Part shown: piece after piece, positions 13,029 through 25,191 of the stretch
Layout of the letters: the number at the start of each line of letters is the position of its first letter
Position numbering within the stretch: the first letter of the stretch is position 1
From: Octopus sinensis
Taxonomy: Eukaryota
Direction of reading: 5' to 3'
Assembly (NCBI RefSeq): GCF_006345805.1
Contig: NC_043013.1
Coordinates: 54,126,001 to 54,190,000 of the forward strand
DNA: 64,000 nucleotides
The notes under the pieces: generated by a model
What the model saw: the letters and a program-made list of their open reading frames with translations, nothing else
What the model was told of the DNA's origin: nothing
Database searches by the model: none
Made by a program: the position numbers and the translations under genes

Positions 13029-14544
13029 ATTATGGCATGATTATGTGGTCAAGATGTTCAATTTGAAGCCACATGGTTAAGGGTTCCAACTAACAGAATG
13101 GCACCTTGAGCAAATGTCTTCTGTTCGAACCTTGAGCTGACTAATGTTTTGAGAGTAGAATTAGATAGAAACTGTATGGAAGCCCATCATGTGTGTGTGT
13201 GTGTGAGAAAGAGAGAGAGAGAGAGAGAGAACACATACATGTGTTTGGTTTCCTTTGTCTTCACTTAACATTCCTTGGGCAGTGATGTTATTCATGACTC
13301 CTGTAAGCAAAGCTACCCTGCAGTGTTTCAACAAATGCAAAAAATGGAATAAAGATCCCTCTTGAAAAGCAAGTAAGGATTGGCATCAAGTAAGGTGCCA
13401 GCCAAGGATTCTTCTCCAAGCCTTGCTTGTATGTAAAAAGTAGAGTCTGCTATGTTGTCCAACTTAACTCTATCACTGGCTTTGGATGATTTTAGTGGAG
13501 GAATTCATTTTGTTGTTCATTTTAACACCACCATCACCTAGACCTTGGGCAACTTTAGTGGATGAGTCCACTTTGTTGCATGGATTTGGGTCAGGTTTTC
13601 ATTCTGTGGATTGCTTTCTTCTACCCAGCCAGAAGTCTTGGGGGACTATGGAAAGGACATGGATGCTAACCATATTCCTGACTAAACAACAAAATCTCTT
13701 TTACTCGTTTGTTAGTAGTAAGAACTATGAGAGAATCTGGTCTAAAGATAAATACACAAAGTTGTGATTAAAAATAATTTCTATACCTAGATTGTAAAAT
13801 AGATAAGAGCGAGAAAGAGGGAGATCATTTTTAGTTTATAAACCTTTTGAAATGGTTATTTACAGAAACATTGTAAATTTACCAGAATATGGAATCCATA
13901 ATAAATTTATTAATAATAATCTGCTCTGAAGGAATTCTTGTAACTTAATATTTTGAATGATCATAAAGGATGCTTAATATAGAATATTTTCAACATATAA
14001 ATGCTGACAGAATTTGATCAAAAGTGACTGCAAAAAATAATTCTTACAGTGTATGAGATATGTTTTGAATGAGCAAAAGAAATGTAATCTTCAAAATGTT
14101 ATCAATTGATAAATGAGGAAATGTAAAAACCATAAATAGGAACTGTCGTGTCAAATCAGATTCAAAGAAATCTGTGCCTGAATAACAGATAATAAATGAA
14201 ATGGGATTAGGCACTAATTAGAAACCTAACAATATGAAACATCTATTTTTATGAATTGTGGCCATTCTTACCAATTTTATCTTCATGGGCATTCACATTT
14301 CACTACACATTAGTACATTGCATGGTTTGTAATATACATTACAAATTTTAGAAGTTCATGAGCATCATTTAATATCCAATTTCTTTGCTGGCATGGAATG
14401 AACAGCTTGATGGGACATGACAATTTGGAAGAAAGCGTTATGCACCAATATCGCTTTTAGCTTGATTTGTTAGGCCAGTTTCCCTTCCTAATGCCAACTT
14501 ATGCATGTAAGTATTTATTGTATGTATGCATACAAGTATGTATG

Positions 14545-15050
14545 TTGCAATCACAGAACTACCCTGCCTGGCATAGCTGCACCAACAGGGGTGCCACCTT
14601 CTATGACCAGAATAAGATCACAAGAGTACAAAGAAATTGTGAGTTGCACAAGTCCAGAACTAACTCCTTATTTCTTTATTGCCCACTGGGGGCTAAACGT
14701 AGAGAGGACAAACAAAGGCAGACAAAGGGATTAAGTTGATTACATTGACTCCAGTGCGTAACTGGTACTTAATTTATCGACCCCGAAAGGATGAAAGGTA
14801 AAGTCAACCTCAGCCAAATTTGAACTCAGAACATAATGGCAGACGAAATACCGCTAAGCATTTCACCTGGCATGCTAACGTTTCTGCCAGCTCGCCGCCT
14901 AACTCCTTGCCTTCATTCCTAGCAGACCATCTGCAGCAGAACCTTCCCAGCAGGCATCAGCCTGATTGGCCATAGCCAGATGTGTCGTGACCCATCTTCT
15001 CCCATGTGATGTCCTGGTCCATTGTTGACAGTGATGGATGAACATTATTA
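14545..15050 (+). mobile_element. RTE (BovB-like) LINE 3' end split by a SINE
   Basis: HPAWHSCTNRGATFYDQNKITRVQRNCELHKSRTNS continues after the SINE as a C-terminal zinc-finger-like segment (..CSRTFPAGISLIGHSQ..), followed by a gatgtcctggtccattgttgacagtgatggatgaac 3' UTR. Confidence 0.65.
14670..14899 (-). mobile_element. Full-length Meta-like SINE (family A) with 9-bp TSD
   Basis: Head and tail are complete. The direct repeat taactcctt occurs at 14661-14669 and 14900-14908. Confidence 0.9.
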
Positions 15051-16451
15051 TGTACATAAAGATACCACACACACACTGTTACTTCATACTCCAAAATCTT
15101 CAACAATTTGTAACTATTGTCAAGGATTACTGTCCAGTGTAGTTCTAGTCATAATGACATAGCTGGGACACCAACCTAAACAAGGTTAGGTAACCATGGT
15201 TACCTAGCCTAATCTAACTATATCTACTAGCTTAAGTGGCTCATGGCTATAGCACATGTAATGTTCTCTGGCATGTTTGCAACAATGATACTGCTTATTT
15301 TCTCTGTATAATGTGAATTTATTTCTAAGATGGAACACAAAAAGCTTATGAGAATGGCTGGGCAGTAAAGGTATCATGCTATATATCCCCCCAGAAATTA
15401 TTGCTTTTGCATAAACTTGATGGGTGAAAGACTGGAAGAAGAAGAAAACCAAAGACATTTAGTTAGATATCCATTAGATATCTGCTCACATTTATACACA
15501 AACGTCTGTATGCATTTGTGAGTGTATGTATGTGTTCAAGTTTGTTCTGAATATATAATAGCAATATAACATTGATTCCTTTTGGCTTATGTATTCATAT
15601 TGATGTGTTTGGAATCTAAAAGGAAACATTAGTATTTTATCATCTTCAACAGCAAAATTTTATGACATCACAAGTTACATATTAAAACTTTAAAAATGTG
15701 ACTAATCCATTATAATTCCAAAGAAATGTGTAAATTACTGTCTTTTATAACATTGTTAAAGACACAAGAATATTCTTTTCTATTTGGATTTGGATTTTTC
15801 AGACAATTTTTTTAAGATCAGTTCGAAGATTTCAAACTTTAAAACTTTGTCCCCTTCTTATGAGAGATCCCAATCAATAATTTAGTGTCTGGGAATCTAA
15901 ATGCTGTTGTCATTTTGTGCTATTTAGTATGTTTTAATATACCACTGTGCACAGTGCACACTACACACATGCGCAAACTCATATATGTGCATTTGCATGT
16001 GTGAATGTGTGTTTGTTTTGTTTGTTGAATGCAATGTCACTTGTGTATTTTTACAACATATTGAGAATATAAAATTTCTTGTTCAACGATTTGGGAATAA
16101 GTCAAAAATGGGGAAAATATTGGAAAAACAATAATGCAATAAGATATACTGAAGAAGACCAATGTTAACACATTGGAATTACATGAACTTAATGACTAGT
16201 TAGTGAAAGACACAAAATAAGGATGTTTTAATTAATTATAGAGAATCCATTCCACTTTGGTTAAATTTATGCTTGAGCTTAATGTAAATAAAATCTATAA
16301 TAACTGATAATTCTGAGAGTGAATAAATGAAACTTTGTCACATTCCATGGATTATATTTTATGGTTATAAACCAATACTGTAGGAATAATATGTGACTTA
16401 CATATTATTTTGATTTGTGGCAACATTGTGACTATTAAAGCAGATATACTG

Positions 16452-16495
<44 letters not shown>

Positions 16496-16725
16496 TACAA
16501 ATATTTGTACATCCATACATGTAACCCCGACTTCATTATCATTTTATAGTAACATTGCAACTCTTCAAGTTTTACAGCACATATGCCAGACAGACACACC
16601 TACACCCAAGACCCCCATACACAATGGTGTTAGTTTGTTTAGTAAGGCATTACTCTTCACCATATGATCGAGTCAAGGGCATTGAGTTCATAAGATAGAC
16701 TGATACCAAATACTCATGATTAGTT

Positions 16726-16887
16726 GCAGGAGTGGGTGTGTGGTAAGTAGCTTGCTAACCAACCACATGGTTCCGGGTTCAGCCCCACTGCATGGCATCT
16801 TGGGCAAGTGTCTTCTGCTATAGCCCCGGGCCGACCAATGCCTTGTGAGTGGATTTGGTAGACGGAAACTGAAAGAAGCCTGTCGTA

Positions 16888-16944
<57 letters not shown>

Positions 16945-17162
16945 GTGTGTGTTTGTGTGTCTGTGTTTGTCCCCCTAGCATTGCTTGACAACCGATGCTG
17001 GTGTGTTTACATCCCCGTCACTTAGCAGTTTGGCAAAAGAGACTGATAGAATAAGTACTCGGCTTACAAAGAATAAGTCCCGGGGTCGATTTGCTTGACA
17101 AAAGGCGGTGCTCCAGCATGGCCACAGTCAAATGACTAAAACAAGTAAAAGAGTAAAAGAGT
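16726..17162 (+). mobile_element. Full-length CORE-like SINE (family B)
   Basis: tRNA head gggtgtgtggtaag...ggttcagcccc, CORE-like catcttgggcaagtgtc, internal long (TA)n then (TG)n, tail aagtaaaagagtaaaagag. Confidence 0.88.
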
Positions 17163-18450
17163 CTTTAGGCCTTATCAATCAATATGATCTTGTGAAAGCT
17201 ATAGACACGGTTAAAATTTGGATCTGATGGTATTTTGGTAGCAGCACAATTCTTGTGGCTGCTGACTAATTATGACTTTGATAAAAGAAAAATGTGAAGC
17301 TTAACAGTGATGACAAGTTATGTGGTACTTAGAAAAGAGGCATCGAAATATTTTGTCCCAATTTATCTCATTACCCAATTTTAACCAATATGGCATCTGC
17401 AAGACAGTAAAGCTAATTCTGTTGATCTTACAAAATTATCATTAAAACTAGGAACTGGAAGCACACATCACAAATGATGTTTAAAGATGACTGTGTTTTG
17501 ATATTCTTATTAACGACCATGCAGACAAAGTATGCTTATAGAATTTTCAGTCCAATTAAAATGTCTACTTGGATTTAAAAAAGAAAAAAAAAACAACTTC
17601 CTCTTTGGTTCCATTTACCATTTTCTCTGAACACTGGTAGTTAAAATAGGTTGTTCTTTGACATTTTGTAACTTGTTAGTAAAAAGTTGATTACTCATTA
17701 AATTTGGTGTTTAATTATAAATTTTGTATGTCATCAGCTAATATTGCTCATTTGTTCACTGTCAATGTGAACATGTTAGCATGTTTTGTATGAACTGATT
17801 TTTTGCCACTAACCCTCACCTGGTTTTCAGGTAAGAGATTTAAAGTAAAAACCCATATAATTTGATCACCTGTGTAATTTATGCAGGTGATTTTCAGGAT
17901 AAAATTTGTTAAAAAAAAGCTTCTACTCATCTAAAATTTGCACTCAAAAGTTTTCAGAATTGCCAATATAATCAGGAAAAAAGGTTTTTAATTTAGTTGT
18001 ATTTAGCTTAGATTTTATTGAATTTTCATTAAATAAAAATAATTTCTGTTTAACAGGTATCACATTGAAAGCTATTAAATTAGAAAGTGTTTGTGTTGTT
18101 TATGATAAACTTTATTTTACATTTCTTGCCCACAAGAGTTTATGTACTAATGTATATCTTCTCAAATCACAATCACAGGAAAAGTTGTTGATAAGAATTA
18201 CCAACAAAAAACAAAACTGATAAATACACACAGGTGTTGCAAATTAAGTTTAATTACCAATAAACATCAGCTTGGATGACACTTTACTCAACTTACAGAA
18301 GAAAGGGGACCGATCAAACTGATCATCTAAACAGAATTCGTTACTGCCTATTCTTGTCAGAACCTTTGATATGCAGTATTGAAATTTTAATCTCTTTCAC
18401 ACTTATAAAACGTCAAGCAAATTTTAAAATGTGTCACTACCGTTATTGCT

Positions 18451-18620
18451 GGTAGGGGCAGAACTTATGAATCATTTACTGCGAAGGAGAAATTAAATAT
18501 GTTGAATCTGCATTTGAATGTGGCAATAGAGCTGCCAGAAGGCATTTTAATGTTAATGAAGCCAATGTTTGAAATTGGCACAAACAGTAGGACAAACTTA
18601 AAACTGTGCCTAGTAATAAA
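18451..18620 (+). pseudogene. pogo/Tigger-type transposase relic, Brinker-like DNA-binding domain
   Basis: With one frameshift it reads GRGRTYESFTAKEKL/KYVESAFECGNRAARRHFNVNEANV*NWHKQ*DKLK. This matches the RxYxxxFKLxVVxxAxxxGNRAAxRxFxVxExxVRxWRKQ pattern. Confidence 0.6.
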
Positions 18621-21056
18621 CAGACAAAAATAAAAACATACAATCAAGATTATCCATATCATTACATTTTTTCAGTCAGGAATATACCATGTCACAATGG
18701 TACTCCAGTGCAATTGGTAGACACTCCAAGCAGTGTAAAATATGGTCCAGATTTTTTTTACTAGCATGAACATCAGACTTCAAAAAGTAGTTAACCATTT
18801 AATGGTTTTAGTAAATTTATACAGAAAAATGAAGCATTATACCATCCAGCATAAATAAGTCAACTTCACTATATTTAAGCCATTATTTTTTTTTGTAAAA
18901 ACCTATTCTGACATTAAATGAGTCAACTTCCAGTACAAATGTTTACATTTTGTATGTCTTTTTTCAACAAAAATAATTTCTAAAAAGTTCTGGAAATGAT
19001 CCACTCATGTAATTTACACACCCGCTAAAGTTTATTTTTATTTTTGCAATAAAAAGCATATAAATTACATGAGGTTTTATGGTATATATTTCCCAAGTTT
19101 TTGAAAATGCAGAGCAACTGATCATAATCTCAAGAAAGAATATCAGTGTCCCTATATGTTTGTTCAAGTGGTAACAAGTGAAGTAGTAACATTTACACAA
19201 CAATCAAATGCACATATGCATGCGTGCACACACACACACGCAATAGTCTTAATACAGTTCCCATGTACCGATTTTACTCAAAGCATTGGTTAGCCTTGGG
19301 TGATAGTAAATGACAGTTGCCCAAGGTATTGTGCAATGTGACTGACCCCAAAATCACATGATTGCTGTGCAAATTTCTCAACCACACAGCTCTACCAAAA
19401 ATATTCCATCCTTGGTCTAAATATCCACTTCAATATAAATATTGTCACTCAGCCACTGAGGAATCACAAACTTGCCTAAGGAGCTGATTCTTAAATATGT
19501 AACTGTGAGAAATTATTCACAGCCATTACAGTACCCATTATAAAACACATGCCCAGTGACAGCTAAACCTCATCAATATTTGTTGGATCAGTACCACACA
19601 GTATCAGGCAGGATGTTTATAAGGTTTTATGTCATGACTGGGCTACCATCCTCTCTATTCTCCATGCCACTCTGCCCATTTCTATTGTGTTTGACTTTAC
19701 AAAATGTCAGAGGTCAAGTATATTAAGGCTGAGCTGCTAATAGTCTGAGGAGGTTGAACAATCATCGTAGTTTTCTTCAAGATCATTTGACCTTTACGCT
19801 GAAAATTAATCTAGGTTTCACTTCAGAATAATCTTAACATGAAGAATAAGCTTGCTTTTATAAATATCATAAAACAGTACATTGTTATTGTGGAGGAAAA
19901 AACTGTTAATTAGTTTGTACAATCATTACTGCAGCTTCTTCATTAGAGAATGTCTAAATCTTTAGGTGTAAGGTGGTGTGTTTGTGAGAGACGAAGGCAT
20001 GACCTAATAAGAGTCCAAGTAGAGTTAAGTAGTCGCTTGGCTAAGAAGACATACTGCATTGTATGCAGTGATAAGTTTTCATGTATAGATTCAATGGCAT
20101 CTTGTTTCAGTTGTCTCTCAAATAAATATAGATTTTAGATATAAATATACTCTTCATATTTTCTGTGCATAGTCTCAATATACTCTATAAATATAGTGTT
20201 TATACAATCCCCAATATAGTCTTTTTATAGACTATTTAGATGCCACGTTGAATATAAATATAGTATTTTTTATAGACTATACAGTCTATACAGAATGTGT
20301 ACACACTCACACACGCACACACACACACACGCAGAATTGTAGCAACACAAAAAGAAACTAAATTAACCCTAATTATCTTTTACACCAAACTAGACTTCTT
20401 TAATGAATTTCCTCTTTTTTCTAACTACTCTTTCTAGTGAAAAGCTACCTATCACCAGCTGACTGAGGATTTAACTGCTGTCTTGACAAACAGAATCAGT
20501 TTATGCTAACATTTTCCCCACCCTCTACTTTGACCAATTATCTGACCTGACAAATAAAATCAGTCGCCATTCAAGCCATCTTAATAAGTGAGGTTCTACA
20601 TGTTTGCCTGTGAAGTCCTGATTTGGGTTGTTTGAGATGCAGATCCTGACTAAAGAGAATAGTATATGAATGAAATCTTTAGTCATAGTAAATCTTTAGT
20701 CGTACTAAATTCAACCAGATCAGGAGAACAGTGACTTTGAACTAAACACAGTCCAGTGTATTGAGAATTTAGTGCTGTGTAGGAGTTTGAATAGAGACTG
20801 ACAGAGTGGAAACGCAACATTTCAGTCTAAGCAGACGTGTCTGGTACTGGATTGATGACATTATTAAAATGTACTAAGTCTATGCCAGTGATAAGAAGGG
20901 CTACAAAGCCATGTGAAAATCCTGACTGTTACAAATAAAATGAGAAATTTTTATTGCATGTCTACAACTAACTCATATGTTGTTAGGGCTGTGCATAGTG
21001 GTGGGGTAGGTTGGCAGGTGGCATGTTTGAGACTAAGAACACAAACTCTTCCTTTC

Positions 21057-21400
21057 ATCATCATCATCATCGTCATCGTTTAACGTCCATTTTCCATGCT
21101 AGCATGGATTGGACGATTTTGACTGAGGGCTGGTGAATCAGATGGCTGCACCAGGCTCCAATATTGATCTGGCAGAGTTTCTACAGCTGGATGCCCTTCC
21201 TAATGCCAACCACTCCGAGAGTATAGTGGGTACTTTTTACGTGCCACCTGCATGGAGGCCAGTCAGGTGGTACTGGCAATGACCTCGCTCGAATCTTTTT
21301 ACACATGCCACCGGCACAGGTGCTAGTAAGACGACACTAGTAACGATCCTGCTCGGATGGTGCTCTTGGCACCCCACTAGCACGGGCACAAGTGCTGTAG
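21057..21400 (-). mobile_element. Family C (GAT)n-tailed retroposon
   Basis: Plus strand catcatcatcatcgtcatcgtttaacgtccattttccatgctagcatgg...ctacagctggatgcccttcc, the inverse homolog of 6958-7279. Confidence 0.8.
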
Positions 21401-21734
21401 AAAATAAAAGCTTCCACCATGAGCAATGGCATAATGAAAGGAAGGTTTAGAGGGATTGTAGAGATTTTGGAGCAGTGACATTTAGATATGAGTTGTGTAC
21501 AAGAGGAAAGATGAAAGGAAAAACAGGAATTGAGGATAGATTACGTGCTTGATTGATAGGGAATTTAGTGCTGTGTCAGTGCTGGTTCTGTTGATAAAAT
21601 TATACTGTAGAAAGGAGTTTAAATTGTCTTTGATGTGAAAAAAAAATTAAAAAGAAAACTTGCGTCCATGTCATAGATTACTATGTGGATGATTTCTTGT
21701 TGCTGAAAATCAATGAAGTTGCATTGATACTTAC

Positions 21735-21930
21735 CAGCTGTCATCAACGTCTCGTCCTTCACTCTTGCACTTGACTTCACGACGTTGCTGTCCTGTTCCA
21801 CAGGTGACACTTTGTCCAAGTATACATAGTTTCCAAGCCATTGCTACCCATGAAAATGTTCTACACTCGAGCCTTGATGGACATGGACTGCTTTCTTTCA
21901 ATGATGAAAAAGGTGGGCATGCTGGACCAG
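21735..21930 (-). CDS. THSD7A: THSD7-like TSR protein, internal exon D (196 nt, phase 1-2)
   Basis: Acceptor ccctattgcag|CT, donor CTG|gtaagt. Encodes (S)GPACPPFSSLKESSPCPSRLECRTFSWVAMAWKLCILGQSVTCGTGQQRREVKCKSEGRDVDDS(W). Lies within ORF 21731..21997. Confidence 0.93.
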
Positions 21931-22018
21931 CTGCAATAGGGCAAACATTATAACATAATGTAAATGCGATTTCCAAAGATTTAATAAGAGTGTGCATCTT
22001 TCATAATTATATAATTTT

Positions 22019-22406
22019 TCTATATATAAAGCTGAAGTTGTCTGTGTATGGCAGGTTTAGTAGCCTTCAACTAACACTATCTCCGCCGAGACCCTGCGGC
22101 TTAAGTTGACCAAAATTAAGAGTATGATAGAAGAAGGCTTGCTCTTCATTCTGTAGAAGATAAAATTCAAATTTGACCATGTTAACACCAAAAGTTAATT
22201 ACATCAAAAAGGTGCTTTTATTCTATGAAAATCCCTATTTTTTACAACTTTTTTGACTGCTGTGTCACCATTTTTCGGTGTATTTCAACCAGGGAAATGT
22301 TTACTTAAAGAGAATAACAAGCTATATAATGCAAAATTTTTATTTTTCAAAAATTCAGTTCTAAATGGTCGAAACAAACCCGAGTAATGCCGGGCGATAC
22401 TGCTAG
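22019..22406 (+). mobile_element. Non-autonomous Helitron
   Basis: 5' TCTATATATAAA, subterminal hairpin CCCG-agtaatgc-CGGG (22379-22394), 8-nt spacer, then 3' CTAG (22403-22406) followed by T. No TSD. Confidence 0.75.
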
Positions 22407-22664
22407 TTAAAATTTTCAAAAATGTCCTCAGAGAAAAATTAAAAAAGAGCAGATTCTTTCACATTATCTCAGTATTATAAGATTTGTTTTACCCTTATTC
22501 TGTTTTATTGGTTAGCTCTAGGATGAAATTTCTCAACTTTTATGGGATGTGCAAATTTTATGGAAGAAGTACAGTTGATTAAATCAAATACTTTTCACAG
22601 TTCATGTTGAGTACTTATTAAAAAGAAAAAGATGAAACACTAAGTTAACCCTGGCAAGAATTAT

Positions 22665-22876
22665 GTTTAGAATGCTCTTTTATGTGTTTCAGTCATTTCC
22701 CTGTGGCCATGCTGAAGCACCACCTTTAGTCAAACAAATCAATCCCAGGATTATTCTTTGTAAGCCTAGTACTTTCTCTATTGGTCTCTTTTGCCAAACT
22801 GCTAAGTTACAGGGACGTAAACACACTAACATCAGTTGTCAAGTGATGGTGGGGGAATAAACACAGACACACAAAC

Positions 22877-22911
<35 letters not shown>

Positions 22912-23050
22912 TACGATAAGCTTCTTTCAGTTTTGGTCAGCCCAAGGCTATAGCAGAAGACACTTGTCCAAGGTGCTTTTCAGTGGGACTGAATCTAGAA
23001 CCATGTGGTTGGGAAGCAAGCTTCTTACCACACAGCGACACCTGCACCTA
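22665..23050 (-). mobile_element. CORE-like SINE (family B), diverged
   Basis: Inverse of the family B head (cttcttaccacacagc), the body and the internal (TA)n. Confidence 0.75.
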
Positions 23051-24240
23051 TAATAGAAAGTGATCAAAATAATCATGACTAGGTATTTATTCCATTACTC
23101 TACAAATTCTACCATTCACTGTCTCAGTCAGCCGAAGTGTGGCAGTTAATGTAAGAGGACTTAGACATGCATTACTTGTGTTCATCCTTAAGATCGATTT
23201 TCCTCCAAAAGTGTTTCCAAATTTTGTGCTGAAATCAGGCTACTTCTGTGAATTTGTTAACTTTAATGAAGATCATCTTAACGTCCACTTTTCCATGCTT
23301 GCATGGTCAGATAGAATTTGTTGAGGCAGGTTTCTGTGGCTAGATGCTCTTCCCGTTGCCAACCTCCACTTGTTTCCAAGTAAGATGATATTTATTCATG
23401 GCTGGAGTTTGCTTGTGTGATGGTGATTTACAACTAGTGTACAGTGTTAAGACAAGGAGACACAAGTACACAGACAGATGCACAGACAATGGGCTTCTTA
23501 CTGTCACCATCTATCAAGTCCACCTATACACTTTGGTCAACCCAGGGCTATAGTAGAAGAGACTCGTCCAAAGGGCCGTGTAGTAGGATTGAACCCCAAA
23601 CCATATGGCTTGGAAGCAAATTTCTTAACCACACGGCCATGCCTGCACCTTATTCTATTTCATATTTGATCTGATTGAGGACTGATAGAGTTTCTTTTGA
23701 AAAAATGATGAATTCCTTTCTCAGATTTAATGGATAACAAATTATAATGAAGAATAACTGAATTTGTGAATCTAATTAAAAAGAGCAGAAATATGGCCAT
23801 AGCAATTAAAATATGAATATTATCTCTCGTGTATCAAAGAATATATTGCATGAGAACAGCTGAGAATAATCAAGAAAAGATTGAATTATTCAAACATACT
23901 ACAAATAGAGGCATAATTGTATTCTGATATTTCACCTAATCTATGCTTCTCTTGTCCAACCTCACACCAAACTTTATGCAAAAATTATTACCCATTTGCA
24001 GTCCCTTAAAATCTACCTTAAACCTGTTAGTATTACTGATTCTTTTGAAACCAATATTCTTCTTCAATTAATTAACAGCAATTTATTGAATCAAAACAAT
24101 GAAATATGAAGGTCTTTCAACTTCACAGTTTTAATATAAAAGGAATCAGTATTACAATTCCAAATAATATCTTATAGGTATATCTCTTTTTACCTTTCTT
24201 CTTCTTCTTCTTCCACTTTTCTACTTTTGTCGCCACCATT

Positions 24241-24540
24241 TACACCTACACAGACATTCACACCCTCTCACCATGCCTGACCTGAAAGAACTTTTTCTTC
24301 ACCCATTCCCTTCCGGTCATTCAAAATGTGACCGCGTGTGTATCGTTAGTGATTTTTGTTTTATTTCCTTCATTTTCTCTTCCTTGGATCTTTCCCTTTC
24401 CTATGTTTCTGACAAAGAGCTCCGCTCGAAACGTTAAATCCTCCTTCTTTCTTTCCTTTCCTGAGCGTCAAATAACACTATACTTGTTCCACGTCCTCGC
24501 GTTGTTGTGTTTTCTCTTTGTGTTTTCATGTTTGGATTAA
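24241..24540 (+). mobile_element. Penelope-like terminal region with minimal hammerhead motif
   Basis: Contains gtttCTGACAAagagctccgctcGAAACGTTaaat at 24405-24439 and ends tttggattaa before TA-rich sequence. Second copy at 8584-8787. The 5' boundary is uncertain. Confidence 0.6.
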
Positions 24541-24565
24541 ATTTATATATTTATATAAAAGATTA

Positions 24566-24785
24566 GAGTACATTTAAACACAAAAAGAGGGGCGCCTTGA
24601 CAGCTAGGAGGAACAGTCAAAAGTTCAAAACACAGTTAAGATCAATTTCGAAGGGAATGAAAAATGGTAAATGATTTTAATTTTCATTCCCTTCGAAACT
24701 GCTCTTAACTTTGACCTTTAACTGTTCCTTCTAGCATGTAAGGCGACCTGTTATGGCTCACCTTTTTTTGTGTTTAAATGTACAC
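24566..24785. mobile_element. Foldback MITE with long terminal inverted arms and TA flanks
   Basis: The left arm gagtacatttaaacacaaaaagagg...tttcgaagggaatgaaaa is mirrored by ttttcattcccttcgaaa...ttgtgtttaaatgtacac. TA at 24564-24565 and 24786-24787. Confidence 0.8.
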
Positions 24786-25039
24786 TAATTTTATATGAAA
24801 AGTATGTCTATTGACTTTGTATACATGCTAGGCCACTGGTTAAAAAATATTTCTATAATTTTTCCTATCCTATATCTTAATATATATATGTGATGGACTC
24901 TCCTGTCGATAGACGATGTATGAAGATTAGACAATTTTTTATCGAACAACCACACAGATGATTTGTTTATTGTGATTAAATGTGTACACATAAGCTCATT
25001 GCCTTCATCAAATTGATATTACCTGGACAGGTGCAACAG

Positions 25040-25191
25040 GTGCCACATGTCAGATAACGAAGTAATTGCAGAGCAACGTGAAATGAAGTTCTTTGCTCAA
25101 GAACACAACGCAACCCCCTGTTCTAGGAATCAAACCCACAATCTCACAATCATGAGTATAACATCCTAACCACTGAGCTATGTGCCTTCAC
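25040..25191 (-). mobile_element. tRNA-derived SINE head (family D)
   Basis: Minus strand gtgaaggcacatagctcagtggttagg (A box)...gggtttgattcc (B box)...gtgttcttgagcaaagaacttcatttcac. Confidence 0.7.

Noticed and set aside
19930-20120. ATG-less open frame on the minus strand (LFERQLKQDAIESIHENL...)
   Set aside because: It has no convincing splice sites and no TSR pattern, and exons D and E join without it. It is probably a retroelement relic.
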